From contig BCKQ01000007.1 in assembly GCA_001600695.1 (NCBI GenBank), positions 784,387 through 848,386 on the forward strand: 64,000 nt of DNA, read 5' to 3'. A program made the position numbers and the translations under genes. Each line of letters opens with the position of its first letter. Position 1 is the stretch's first letter. This stretch comes from Ascoidea asiatica JCM 7603 (Eukaryota > Fungi > Ascomycota). The notes under the pieces were generated by a model, which did not search any database, was not told the DNA's origin, and saw nothing but the letters and a program-made list of their open reading frames with translations. Positions 1-13,900 of this stretch are shown here, piece after piece.

Positions 1-306
1 TCGAGTTTCCAATTACCTATTATAAATAGTTTACCCATCAAAATTTTTCCTATTACAATTTTTGTTGATAATAAAGGTGCTATTTATTGGACAACTGATA
101 GTGGGAAACTTAAAGCTAAAGCTCATATCGAACAAAGGTTTTTATTCATTTCTGACAGAATCTATAAAAAAGAACAAAAAGTCGAATATGTTAACACTTT
201 AAATAATATTGCTGATATTTTTACAAAATGTCCCACTCATGCAACCTTTCATCATTTAGCTCAATTCATAGTTTCTAAACCACCAATTAGAATTCCTGAA
301 ATTTAA
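1..306 (+). CDS. pol: C-terminal RNase H of a Ty1/copia Pol polyprotein (5' part outside window)
   Basis: Frame 1 reads ...IFVDNKGAIYW...KAKAHIEQRFLFISD...VEYVNTLNNIADIFTK...*, matching the copia RNase H motifs DN..AI, KHI..R and ADIFTK. Confidence 0.9.
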   Translation, partial: SSFQLPIINSLPIKIFPITIFVDNKGAIYWTTDSGKLKAKAHIEQRFLFISDRIYKKEQKVEYVNTLNNIADIFTKCPTHATFHHLAQFIVSKPPIRIPEI

Positions 307-981
307 TATTTATATGCCTGATTAGACTGGTTTATTGATAGTTGTCTTCTGGAATCGCTACATGTTTATTTAAATGCTCTGTCAACCTAAGTGCAATTCT
401 TAACTTCCTACTCAATTCTGAAATAAGACTGTTTTGATAAATTGCTTCAATGCTTAATAAAAAATTTAAGTTTTAAATCAGATACATCTACAAATTAGAT
501 TAATTTAATAACTATCAGATTTATCTAATTATAATTTGTTTTTCTGTTAATGTTCTGATTTTGAACTTATTACATTTGGGCTTATTTATGTTGCTCCACC
601 ATAGCTTATCACCTTCTTCTGGCTCTTGTCTCTTCAACTATTGTTTAAAAAATTTAATGTTCTCGGTTTATGGAGGTGCATTTCAATTCAATCTCAATTA
701 AGTTTTTTCCTGCTTATATTTATTTTAATCTTCTTTGTTTTTGCTTCAATTCTTCTGCCTTCTTATTTCTTTTTTCTCCTCAGTTGTTATTTACTGGTAA
801 AGAAAGATTTTCTATTGTTTTACTATTCGCATGATTATTTGTTGCAACAACCCTTACTCCATGATATATTCCTTATTAGAATATGGAGGTGAAGCTCATT
901 GAGTAAGGCACACTACTTTACTTTTTAAAAGCTCACTCTCCTTAACTGTCATCATCCACCAAAAATTCCTGTTTATGGAGG

Positions 982-1213
982 TGAATTAAATTAGGCTAAG
1001 CAAGCCTTTGTGTGGCTAATGAAGTTTACCTAAATATGAGATCTTTATATCATGTGACATCTGTTAGAATAGTCACATGATCACCTAAAACATGCTCGGT
1101 TTATATTTTAGGTAATTATTTAAGTTGTCTATCCGCAAAGATGAAACTTAGTCATCTTCTTACCACTTTTATAGTTAGTAAGACAAAATATACTTATAAT
1201 TCTTATTAAACCA
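982..1213 (+). repeat. Probable 3' LTR of the copia element
   Basis: Follows a short purine tract (ATGGAGG) and starts TG. It ends about where homology to the integrase element begins (~1206). The partner LTR is not in the window. Confidence 0.3.
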
Positions 1214-2930
1214 CTGGATTTCTGAAAAGCTATTCCTAGGAAGATGTTCAGCCTCAATAAAAGATTGAGACTCTCGGAAGAAGCATTAGTCACTACTGAA
1301 AATATGTTTATTACGAATGCTGCTAGCTAATTCGTAGAAAGGGTACGTAGAATACATGAAAAGTATTTCGTATTGGCAACCAGTTATTTTGCAAACAAAA
1401 ACGGTTACTTCATATTTACGAAATAGCAGAGGTAACACTTCGGTTCCCTCAGCCAGAAGGAAGGTGTAACAAGATATCCCAGATTGTTGGAACGGGCTGA
1501 AACAAATGTTTTACAATGTTCATAATAGATTTTTAAACTCAAAAAAACTTCGCTGCTGGATATGCCTATAAAAGTCGGTTTTTAATGCAGTCGGAGAGGT
1601 AAACTTTATTAAGTCTTCCCAAAGCTTTGAAGTAGTACAGGTTGTCTTAATGGATATGAGAAGCAGTCGGTCAATTAAAGAATATCAGTTATTGCTTCAG
1701 CCAAATAAGTTGTTTGCAGATATTAGCCGCAAAAAGAAAACTATATTATTGAAATCATAGATCAAATTTGAAATTCTTACACAGAAAAATATATTGAGAA
1801 CAAACATCATGATTCAAAGGCATATAAGTGTGCTGCATTGGTGGAACAGATTATGCGTAAGCTTTTTAATAATGTTAACACAACATCAATCCTGCAACTG
1901 AACAACAGTGCAGACTTTAGTAATAAGCAATTCGACGATCAAGGTAAGGAACATCAAAATAAGTCCAGTACGAGCAAGAAATCCAAAGGCGAACAGGTTT
2001 ATCAAAAGTTTACCTCCTATTTAGAGTAGAGATAGGTAGAATAATCAATACCTATGAAAGTAGCAATTGGTCTAGATTTCTTGATGATGCTGTGTATTAG
2101 ATAAATAACAACTATAGCGGTCCAATTGGTGTTACACCGTCTCAAGCTCTATATGTCCATCGCCAAAAATTATCCTATATCAATTTTTGCAAAGAAAAAA
2201 ACTAAAAAAACTCGGTCAATCTGTGCTACTGAACTTCGAAACAACTCGGAAATGTATTCCTCAGAAAATTGATCTAATTCCCCTATAATTATTACTATAA
2301 ATAACAGGTACATAATGCTATCAGATAAGCAAAGCAATGTTCCAACTGCCAGGAAAACCATCTGTTTATATGAGAAGGTAAAGGTGACATCCAATAAACA
2401 AGATACTGCTGTAAGAATATGTGACAATCTTGATTTGGATATTTGATAAAAATTATGCAGAGTTCCCAAGAGGAAACAAAAATGTTTTAAACAGTTGCAT
2501 ATAGAACCGGAATCTCAGAAAATGCTTTTATGTACTCTTAAATTGAAAAGATGAGAGCGGACATGGATGTTGGTTTTTCTCTATCGGCAGATGCGTTTAC
2601 ACAAAATGTCATTTGACGAAGTGTTACGAAACGCATTTTACTTTCCAATGAATTGGATTCAGGTAAACTTTATGTTCTCCAAAAAGAACCAAAAAATTTC
2701 AAAATAATTAAATCCTATGATTGTGTTTTAGTGTGCAGAGAAAGATGTGGGTGCAGAAAAAAAAAAGGTCGAGTACTCCTTACTATACAGTAATCAGAAC
2801 AGCATGGATCCAATCAATTGTCGGCATTACAAACCTGGTAAGAAGGTATTTACTTCCGATAGGGTGGAGGTTGTTGTTAATAAAAGGAACAAAACAATTT
2901 TCAGTGTTAAATTCTCCTAGTAAAAGTTAG
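1206..2930 (+). pseudogene. Decayed Ginger-like integrase with C-terminal CXC domain
   Basis: Fragments VGEVNFIKSSQSFEVVQVVLMDMRSSRSIKEYQ, NVNTTSILQLNN, RNPKAN, IGVTPSQALY and RCGCRKKK parallel the ORF pieces at 54780-59836. Many stops and frameshifts. Confidence 0.85.
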
Positions 2931-3092
2931 ATGATTTGTATGTACGAGTTACCTATAATTTTATAACATGTATACAAATAAAGCCAAACGGTAGCTTTAC
3001 CGTTCATACGTTTAACGAGTTCTCGTTACAGAGACGAAACAAAAAAATGATTCTAGCAAACCGGTACTAATAAGAGATATTGTGCAAACATA

Positions 3093-3880
3093 ATGTTCAA
3101 TCTATTTATGTATGCGCCTTTCCTAAATTACTTCGAACAAATGTTATTTGAAATTCCTATCGCTTTAAAAATCGAAACTGTCTACTAATCCAATCAGCCC
3201 AAGCCCATAATATAAGTGCTCACTTTTTCCAGGTACTGCCTAAACAGTTGCCCACGAATGTTACTGATAGTTAAAAAAGTGCTTATACGATGAGTGGGGA
3301 AGATTAAGGGCAAAAAGCTTCGCGCTGGCTCATTCGGTTGAAAAATTTTAAGAGTTCTGCTTACGAGGTTCCGGTTTGTGTACGTTTGAATATTTCTTCT
3401 ATCCTGAATTAATTAAACGCGGCTCAGTTAAAGTTGTATCCCAGTGATCAGTATTAGGTCAATTCTTTTGGGCATAAGTTTCCAAGGATATTACAGTTCT
3501 GAGTTGGATATATAGTGATTGCCAATCTAGGCTCCTCCCTGAATGTCCTTACGAAACGCTTTGTTGTTCTGGAAGTTCATGTCAGCTGACTTTCACTTTT
3601 TTAACATTAAAGACTCGCAGTATTTCGAAGAACGGAACAGCATTCCAACTGAATAGGCACGGGATTTATGAGTCGGTAGATGTTCTAACCGTTTGGATCT
3701 AGTATGATACTGATAATTCACTGCTTGCCCAACGCTACTATGGAAACGAATACTCCCGTGAAGCTGTAGTTCGCGACCACTTGATTATTTTCTTGAATTA
3801 TTTTGAGATCCCGATTGGAACCGGAGCTTCGTGGTTAGACACGAGAAATTTGTATTACCTTGAGATATTGAGTGTCTGCA
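3093..3880 (+). pseudogene. Unidentified second gene of the Ginger-like element (copy 1)
   Basis: Homologous to 54610-53845 (minus strand): MFNLFMYAPFLNYFEQML vs MLNLFTDGPYLDYCNQFI, with synonymous codon differences. Confidence 0.45.
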
Positions 3881-3889
3881 TTAGTCCTG

Positions 3890-5900
3890 TACCAGCTATA
3901 TCCAGAATGAGTTATCAGTGTAATTCCCCTCCAATCATAACCTGAATGTTGTATGTTTTTAGGTCATTGGATTGGGGTACACAGCAATAAGGCTGCTTAG
4001 TTAAAATATCTTTTAATTTTTAAATGTTTTTAAACGAATAATCAGTATGGTTAAGGAAGCTTAACCGCTCCGCTTGTACTAACTCTATGAATTTTGGTTA
4101 TTTAAGATTGTCCGAACGGATTTAAACCAAAACATGATCACAGCATCATAATGGATGTGATATGGACATGTTTTTCGCAGTAAATTTTGAAATAAAATTT
4201 ATTATACTATTGAGCTGCCGGCCAGCCTCAAGTTTTGTCAGACCTTTATATATATGGCTGGTTACGTCAGTAAAGGTATTAGAAATACGCATATAAATCG
4301 CCATATTCGTTATATGGTTTCAGGTCAAGCAACAGCCGATTAGAGGGATAATAAATATGTCACACCTGCAATATGATGTTTTTATTTTATGAACAATATG
4401 AACTGTTTCTATCAATGAATACTCTTCAATTTGGGCACGTGCTATAGAACCTCAGAGCAGCAATGAATAAATAAATCTGCTTCACTAATCAATTATAATG
4501 TAAACGTCGCAATGTTGGAAAACTACATTTCGAAATTTGTACCTGGAAGTATGATCCCCCTCATACTGACTTCCCCCGGAGACACCAGTAATGGCTATCT
4601 AAAGTTTGAATTATTTTAGGGGAGAAAGAAGTTTTCTCAAAAGTTAACTAATGGTAGCAAAAACAGCATGCTATTTAAAAATTTGGTAGCTTATTATGTT
4701 AACAATATGAAACAATTGTCAAAACTTTGTGGAATTTTTGTATATCTGTCAAAGTATTATGAGACCAAATTTTGTAGCTATTCAGGCGTAAAAGGCATAG
4801 ATAATGGTTCACTGAGTACGTTTCCAGGTTTTATTGTAAAAGCGTTTTCCTATTTTTCGGTAATCCACACCCATGTGGTATCAAGTTCTGTTAGGGCCTT
4901 TGTTTCAGTTCGTTACCCTTCAATTCCCCCCAAAAGGGCTTAAAAATTGTTGCGTTTTATTTTCTTAGCAAAACTGTGGAGTTTTTAAGCAGAAGGTATA
5001 ATTGATTTTAGACAGTGATTTCATGCAGGTAGGCTTCCTGAAATGGAAACATACATAGTCTCTCGGAGTAATCACGTAACCGTACCGACATCATTGAAGA
5101 CAATTATGCATAAAAACCGTTTGTGGCCTGGAAAAGGCAAGTTTTTACTTTATTAGTAGCCGGTGAGTACGGTGGCTTGAGCGATGCTCAAAATTCATTC
5201 GTTAACAGTTAACACATTTCTTACCATATTTGGGATTCCTGCAGCATCATATGTGGTTTTGAATCCTTGAAATTAGATTTGGAGCTTGGTCAATAACTTT
5301 TGTCAATCCCTTAAGATATGAATGGTACTCTTCAGACATTTAAACGGTTACTGCTGTTTTCCATGAGATTTATTCAATGAACGAAACTTTGTTCGTATAG
5401 CGTAGCGGTAAAAAGCTTCCTTGCCGAGTCAATTTTGGACGAGTTACTAATCCGGTTGGAACTGGTATTCGCAGTTTTTGTTATTTTGGACATTGATGAC
5501 AATCCAGAAACCAACTTTGCCAAAATAGTAACGGTAGCCTTATAAACTGGGTTTTCATCGAACTGTACGTCACATGAAACTATTATCCTACTACGAGAAC
5601 CAGAATTTAGGCCAACTGACTTAAGTTGTTTTCTCTTTAAGTACGTGGCGGTTTTAACTGCGATATAAATGTATTGCTGTACTTTCAGAACTTTGTTTAG
5701 TGCTATCCCTTGATTTGTTGTATTGTACATACTTTGGACATTTAGTGAAGTACGATGCATCCCAGACTTTGGAAGAGTAAGGTGCTATCTCAAAAGCTTC
5801 AGCTAAAATAATTCAGGTACAACGTTTTGAACGAGAATAATAAGGAATTGCTCATATGTCCTAAAAATTATAACCCCAGCAAAACTTTTTTCTAGCAAAG
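3890..5900 (-). pseudogene. Heavily decayed Ty1/copia pol fragment (integrase C-terminus to RT)
   Basis: IIVSCDVQFDE (copia SRDVxFDE) in ORF 5374-5760. Weak RT-like remnants near 3900-4260 (MIGG...LDIA). Confidence 0.4.
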
Positions 5901-7550
5901 TACAAGTTTGCTTCTTCACGACCTGACATTTGCATTCAAAAAATCAGATATAACCTGACGATGCTAATTGAAGTGTTATTTTATGCATCAATGTGATAAT
6001 GAAAAACATTCATGGTTTTAAGCAAAAAAGGCGAAGAGGATAATAGAATATTATGTGCAATAAACAAAACCGATTCCACACAGTATAAAAAAGTGAATTA
6101 AATTAAAGCACTTCATGTACCGTCATGTTTCTCACTGTCAATTAAATATACATTTATTAGATAAAACGAGATCTTGTTTGTCAGAATCAAAAAAAAAATT
6201 TAATGGCGAACATTCTTTATGGCAGGTGCAATAAAAAGGGGGTTAACTGAACAAACGGACTAACTAAACTTGCGAAAGCCTTTACCACATCGACAGCTGC
6301 CTAACTGCAGGTTGAACTCAACAACATGCGAATCGAATAATGTTATTACAGAGTAACTGTAACATTGTCACTTGCCAATGAAACTTAGGAACCGAGATTT
6401 GGTGATACTCTGTGAAAAGTATCTTTGATATATATATACAGTTGGAAACCTACCTACTAGACTGAATGCATATGTAACCTGCTCGCATCACATAATACAC
6501 AAAGATAGTTGTAAATCTATTGCACTTCATAAATATTAGGGGAAAAAAATGGGTTAACTTCAAAGTGTATTAAACATATTGAAAAATGCTTTTGACGGTA
6601 GCCCATAAATAGGAAAATACAAGCATCTGAATATGGGATCTGAAAACGTTTGACTAAACATTCGGAAAAAAACGGTCAAATATGAATGGTAAAGTTACTT
6701 TAACTTTCAAGTCCAGCATCATATGTTTGAAAAATTAGATGAAATATGGAGTTATGTACTTGAAATCAGGTTCAGGAATATTGTTTTAATAATTACGCAT
6801 AATATAATAACAATTTAGCACTATTATACCCGTTTTCTAATCAACTTCTGTGATTAAGCGGAGCTTTGACATGATGATATTTTTCCAATTCTTGCATACC
6901 AATCCTACGAACTTTGATGAGTTTACAAACTTGTACAGCAAGTTTAACTGTACTTGCGTACATTAATGGTATTGACTATTATTGCTTACAGAGGTAAAAC
7001 TTCTGCACTCCTTCTACCAATTTGTGGTTGACTAACCTGGGGTTATTGAAAACCATGGTGGTCTGATGACGACGTGAAAAAAAAATATATTTTCATATTG
7101 CTTTTGGTAGGATCTAACATTCTATTTTTACGTCATTAACTTTAGATTGCTTGTTTTGATATTGATTGTAATTGTATAGAGTATCACCACATAGTAAAAA
7201 TAGTATATGTTTATAGATTAGTAAATTATCGTAATGAATGAAACATAATTACAAGGTACACTATATTTTGATAAACCTTTCTATATATTTATAAAAATTA
7301 CTAGATTATTTTACGGATTGCGATAACGTAATAAGGAGTAACCCTATTTTTCAGAATTGTAAGTTCCGTAGATTCAAGTGATGTCCATAAGGTTAGTGAT
7401 ATTTACTCCTGGGAGCCTTAGGTACTAGACACAGTGAGCTTTGGTTGTATTTACATAAATGAGCGTTTTATTTTCCAAAAACCAGTAGGAAGCCGCTTCT
7501 AATTTTCTATGGTCAACTGATCATCGTTCCCTTTATCAGGTGGAAAACAA

Positions 7551-7986
7551 TTGCCGATTAAAAAGTCAGGCGGCAGTCTTAGGCTTTCGCTTTCAACCCT
7601 CAAAACTCGTTGGCGCACAGCGCACGAAGCGATCAGTGCAATGAGCCTCCCGAGAATATTGCGGAAATAATGAGCCGATACAGTGCCTTTTGTTGAGTAC
7701 CTGTGCTATGAATTGTCCATATTTCCAAAGGAAAACACTTTTTTTACAGGACCCTTGATTCAAAAAACCGGTTGTTAAGTTTGAAAAGGTTTTCATCACG
7801 GAAGAATTAGCTATAAGTTGTTTGAACCTCATGATGAGATACACCAAATATGACTTATATCCATATGTCTCGGTCAAAAACAAAGTATTTTTTTAGTTGG
7901 GGAAGATCTCTTGATCATATAAAATAAAAAGTCTTTTAGTTCACCCTGTCTCGCTCAAGTAGAAGTGTCGCTCAGAAACAACAACA
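7551..7986 (-). repeat. ~435-bp terminal inverted repeat (end A type) of the Ginger-like element
   Basis: Homologous to 50044-50481 and 63181-63615, with the same inner and outer boundaries. Contains TGAGCG/CGCTCA motifs and a CAACA terminus. Confidence 0.75.
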
Positions 7987-10900
7987 TATCTATACCGTGG
8001 AGTACCTTATATCAATCGAGACGAATAATTGTAGTTATGTTTGAAATTATCGATACTATTAAATTTTATTCTAATGAGAATTATTTGAGTCTCAGTACTA
8101 GCAGAAAATGACATGGCTAAAAGACTCCATCGTGGATCCCAGAAACACCCTTTTTTACTCCATTTAAAATCAGGGTAATGTAGGACTACACAGACGCCGG
8201 ACTATAATTATTTGCAGTGTTTCACTGAACCACACCACGGGTATTGATAATTTGGATTTGAAGATAGAATGATCATTGCATATAGTCCAGCAGCAAATAT
8301 GCGTACTTTAGAATCTGAATTTCACCACCCTTTTTCAACTTTCGAGTTTTGCTATTTTAGTAACAAAGTAAACCAAAAACAAGAATAAAGCCACGCTTTT
8401 GCCATATGCGCCGGAACTGCCAAATTTACCGAACATGGCATCTTTAAAGTCGCCAGAAAAGGCAGGTTTTCAATTACTTTCTCAAGCCGATTTTTAATTG
8501 CTGCCTCAATAAAGAGATTAGAACCCATGGTTCCTGGGACAATTTTGTGGACTTAGATGTCCGACGGTTGAAATCTAATTGATTAAACATTTTAAAGAGA
8601 GTTTTTTCAATGCAATTTCAATCAATATTAGACTAGTTAATTATATTTCAACTTGACACATAAAATAGCAAGTTAAAATACTCGAACAGAAACAGTATAT
8701 CACTAAACTATTAAACAAACATTTATCCAAATGAACTTCCGCTTTACACAATAATAAGAAAAACAATTTGAAATACAATATCACAGTAGAAAAAAAATAC
8801 AGTCAATTAATTGAACCAAGAAGAAGAGTTTGACATAGAGCAGCAAAAAAAATTAAAAAAGGATAGTCCATTCAGTCCAGAAAAAAAGAATAAAAATGAA
8901 AGGAAATAACGTGCTTAGTATGAAGCAATTCAAAGTATTGGATCCATTAGGGGTACGTTACAAATGCAAATCAAAATTATTTTCTGAGTCATTTCCGTCA
9001 CTTATAATAATGATTTTAACATTTTCTGGAATAAGAAATTTATCTTGTTTTGGCTTTTTTATTTTTTATTTTTCTTCCCATCTTGATTTTATTTATTGTT
9101 CCGTTTGCTTATTGGTTATTTGTGTTTTGTTGGGTGGATTCATGTCGAATTGTTGCAATAATTATTTGGTTACATTTTTGCTATGCCCCATGGTTCTAAC
9201 TGGTATCAAGTCTGTAAGGGTTGTTGACAATGAATCGGAAACGCTTCTTTTATTTTAAATTCTATTATCATCCTTAGTTTCAAGATTCCATAAATAATAT
9301 TGAAGGTTTTCAACACAAGCGGTCGTCGAGGATTGGGACCTGTGCTTAATGGCTTGGTGGATGCTGAAAGTGGACAAGATTCTTTCGGCGATTGTGCAGA
9401 TAAAGGTCTTTTACTAGCTCTGCCATTAGAAATATCCGTAAATTTAAAAGTATATTTAGAAAGGAATTAAGAAATGGATATCACACTGGTGTGCTTATTA
9501 TATGTTCAATTATTGGTAGATTTTCTTATTATAAAATTAAGGTTTGGTGATACCCTTGCAATTTTCATTTAAATTTTGGGGTTGAATTAAGATTTTATGT
9601 AAATTTTAATCCCATTTTTATTTTCCCTTGAAAGTGGATTGCAATTTGAGTGGAATTTCAATTTCAATTTTTACTATAATTTGTATTTTCGTTTGCATTT
9701 TCATGCGAATTTTTATTTTGACTTGAATTTTTGATTGAGTCTTTAATTCAATTTTCCGTCTCTTTAATTGAAGCAAAATTTAAAGTTTTATTTTGACTTG
9801 AATTTTTGATTGAGTCTTTAATTATCTTCAAGTTTGTATTTTTGTTTTTAAATGAATTTTTAATTGAACTGTACGTATAAACATGTCCATCATCTACAAA
9901 GACTGCTGAATCTTTGAAAAAAAAATTATAATCCACAGTTTTACTTGATTTATTGTTGTTTTAATTCTCTTTCTCCAGTTTCATATCATTTTTTTACGTG
10001 AATAACTTTGAATTATCATTGAGGTAACGATTTTAGTTGATTAATTTTACTCCTTTTTTTAAATTAAATTCTTCTAAAAAATTATTTGTTTTATTATATC
10101 TGTTTAAAAAAACATCTTATATGTCATATTTTTGATTTGATAAATCTCATAAAACCTTGAGTCTCGCAAATTTTTTTGATTACATTCTAATTGTTTCATT
10201 GAATCGCAAATATTTTGCATAGAAATAAATAGATTTAATCTATATGAACTATTATTTAAATAACCTTTAAGATCATGATCGAGCATACATAAAACATTTC
10301 TTTTTATTTTACTTTCCGGAGCAATTGGTCGTAATTTTTTTTTGCATTGTTGTTTGCAATCCTAAAATTGTCAAATTCTATTATTCTGCTTTAACTAATG
10401 CCTTTTTAACATAGTCCTTATTTCTAGAAACATTTACAAGTTTCCTAAAAACTGCAGTGGATAATCCAAACTATTTTACTTTTATTTCCATGTAGCATTT
10501 TTGTCTGATTTAACTACTTCTCATTTCGTTTGATTTTATGTTCCAATACATAGGGAAATTCCTTTCGTATTCGTTGAAGATGAGGAAAATTCTCTTTTTT
10601 ATGTTTCTTGCAAACAGTACTAATTTTATACTGTTTTCTTGCAAATGGTTTTCTGCTCTGTTTGATATGTTGGAAAATTGAAAATTTGAATATCTTCCTA
10701 TTGATAAAGGGTGAATGGATAGTCTGTTGGTAATAAAATAAGGAGATTCATAGTTGTAGAAGAAGATTCAACATTAAAGGAAAGATCATGAACATCAGTC
10801 CATAATTCTGTTTAAGTTATATATTGAATAAAATTAGTATTTTTCGACTTCTTTATTGGATTTTCAAAACCACTATCATCCGGCGAATATTTGAGCTTCC

Positions 10901-13900
10901 CGTGAAGACTATAACCTAAAAGCAAAAGTAACATTTAAGAAAAGTAAGCATCCGAGTTCAATGGCTATTTTATATATACCTTATTATAATGTTTTATTAA
11001 TGGCTTTTGCGTTCAAGTTATTGTTAAAGGTTTATCATTGAAACTTCTGTATTCGATGATTTATTGAACAACGTTTTCAGTAGCATTAAAAGCTATCAAA
11101 AGTTTAATGAAATACTAACAACTTGAACATTTGTTTGATAGAAAAACATCACCAATATATTACGACCTGTAAAAATGGACAAATCAACCCAAAGCTCCAA
11201 GAATTGAACAAAAAAGTTATTTACCAAACCGCCTCTGAATCAATACACCGCAAATGATCTTTAGGAATCTGCAGAAGAATTCAAGTAAAGAAACGAAAAG
11301 TAGTCTCTTTTCTAACCGTTTCTGGAATGATATCACCCTTTCCAGATTGATCAACTTGAACATATGGATTTATTAAGAAACCTTTAGCAATTGTTTCATT
11401 TTTCTCTTTTTTATATGAGTCATTTTAAAGATTTTCCGACGAAATGTAAACACTCATAGTAGGGGTGAATAATGAAATTTTTTTTTGGTAAATTTGATGA
11501 TAATGGACGCGCCAACTGTTAGTTTTTATTAGTAGAGCAGAGTAGCTCTTTGGTTGCCGACAAAGCATCTTGATTAGTATAGTTATTATCATCTTGATTC
11601 ATCATATATTTATTGTTATCATGTTTATGAATATCGTCGTTATTATCATATTTAATATTAAATTCGTTAACAACCTCTTTATTATAAACAGCAAGTTCAA
11701 GTTTATCAATAAGTACAACGTCATTACGATCTCCAAAGATAGCTAGTATCTTTTTCAGATCTTGATTACTAACATCATTTTTAATATTTGATACATTTAT
11801 ATTATTATTATTTAACTTCAGATTATTATTAATTCTACTTTTTGTTGGGAATGATGTAGACTTATTATTATCTTTATTATTATATGATAGATGCTTATCC
11901 GCTTTATTATATGATAGATTATTATCTTAATTATTATTGGATTGCTTAGTGTTTTCATTATTCTGATATTAATTGTTGTTAGTTTGATCAGATTTTGACC
12001 TAGGATTATAATTATTATCACCATACACTTTATTTGTTTTAATCTGTTCTTTGTTTTTTTGTTCCCATCTGCGCAATCGATATTACACTCATGTCCCATA
12101 CTCGGCGCAACAACGGAGGGAGACAAGTTATTGGAACATTCAGATTAAAGATATTGATTTTCACAACGAATATCAATGATATCTTCAAAATTTACAGGAA
12201 GCTCCTATATTAGAAGATTCAACTTTTCAGCAAGGGATTAAGGTCTTGGATTCTTATCAGTGTATTTTGCCGCACCTGAAGGTACTTCAGATCTTGTTTC
12301 ATCCGAAGTACCAGCAAACTCTACCGATTTGAATGTTTTTGTTCCAGGACATTTTATATTTTACTAGGAGCTTCAATTTGTTTTGTATCAAAAACAAGCA
12401 GTCTAACCGCAGCATCGTCATAAATAGTTGAAGGTGCAATAAAATACTAAGTATTGTTTTCGTATTTATGTGAACTTAATGGACTAAAGCTGGAATTTTT
12501 ATTTTCCCTAAATTATTTGACTAAATTTCATTTTCAGTTTTATAATTTTCTAGTTTATTTTGGTGAAATTCCTTTTTTTTTGTTTCAGCCTCTTTACTTA
12601 TCTAATGGGAAAGTCCCTTGAATATTCCTTGAATTTTTTTTTATCAATTGTTTCTTTTTGTTTGTTTTTGTTTTTTAGTTTTTCTTTTTCTCTTATATTT
12701 GGACTATCCGCAATATTTCCAGGATTATTGTTTTTGAATTCTTTAAAACCAACTTTGAAGTGATTTTAGTTAAAGAATCTACATCTGAATCAGAATCTAT
12801 ATGAGAATCAGAATCTGAAAAGGATTCTACACCGAAAACGTATCTCAATCAGAATAAGAATATTAGTTGAAATTCAATTCACAATTTTCTATAACCGGAA
12901 TTGGTTTATCATATTTTTCTTTCTTTTTTAAATTCTTTTTTCCTTGATTTTTTTTTGGTCTACATCATTTTGCAAAGCTTCTTCTGCATCTAAATTTCAA
13001 TATCCTTTTTATCAAAACATTAGAACCGACCGTTATCCTTTATTTGATTTCATTGTTTTTATAATTTTAAAATCCGAATTTCTTTACTTCTCTTTGTCTC
13101 TTAATTTATAATAAATTTATTTTTATTAATATTTTAATTTCTGATTCTCGAATTGTATCAATAGTTAAACTGGTAATTCCTTTAATTTATAATTATTCAA
13201 TTACTTAAATTTAGGATTCTCAAACTGATAATTTTCCTAGTGTACCTATCCGCGAGCTTCTATTGTTTTATTTGAATTGGATTTCTCTATGATTAAAACT
13301 TTATTATTAAGGTATTTAATGATATTGCTCCAGTTTTACCTAGTTCAGGGATAACTATACCTATTTTATATAGTTCAGCAACAGCTTGGTTTCATAAGCT
13401 CTCTAAATTAATAAAGCACAAGTTTTTGGTTCAAAGCAATTTCATTTCTATCAATCCTTCTAATATGAAGAGAAATAGACTATTGATTATTTAGTGACCC
13501 TATCTAACTGTAACTTCAATGAATAACAACGAATAAGTTCTTATATTTGATTTATCAACTTTTATTAAAACTAAGTTAGAATCGTTATTTGTTAAATTCT
13601 AAGATGAGATTATAAAGATCAGGGGATCGTAAGCATGTGACTTACACTCTTTCAATAGAAAAAATATTTTTTTTGAATACTAAAACCAGGTGACCCACTT
13701 AATGACAGTGCAAATCTATAGAACCAATGGTCTGTTAAAAAAAATAACTCTTCCATCCATTATTGACACTCTTTCTCTCTTAATGGTTTAATACCGTAAT
13801 AAAGGCCTCCTAGATTTATGATTATTTAAACATGTTTTAAAAATCTTTTAAAACAAACAGGGCAATTTTTGACATGATTTTGTATGCTGTAAAAAACATT

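Larger units (their letters stand above)
1206..7986 (+). mobile_element. Diverged partial second copy of the large TIR/integrase (Ginger-like) element
   Basis: 1206-3880 aligns by eye with the reverse complement of ~59890-53845 (excluding the MULE). ~7170-7986 aligns with the reverse complement of ~50860-50044 and ends in ...CAACAACA. Confidence 0.75.
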
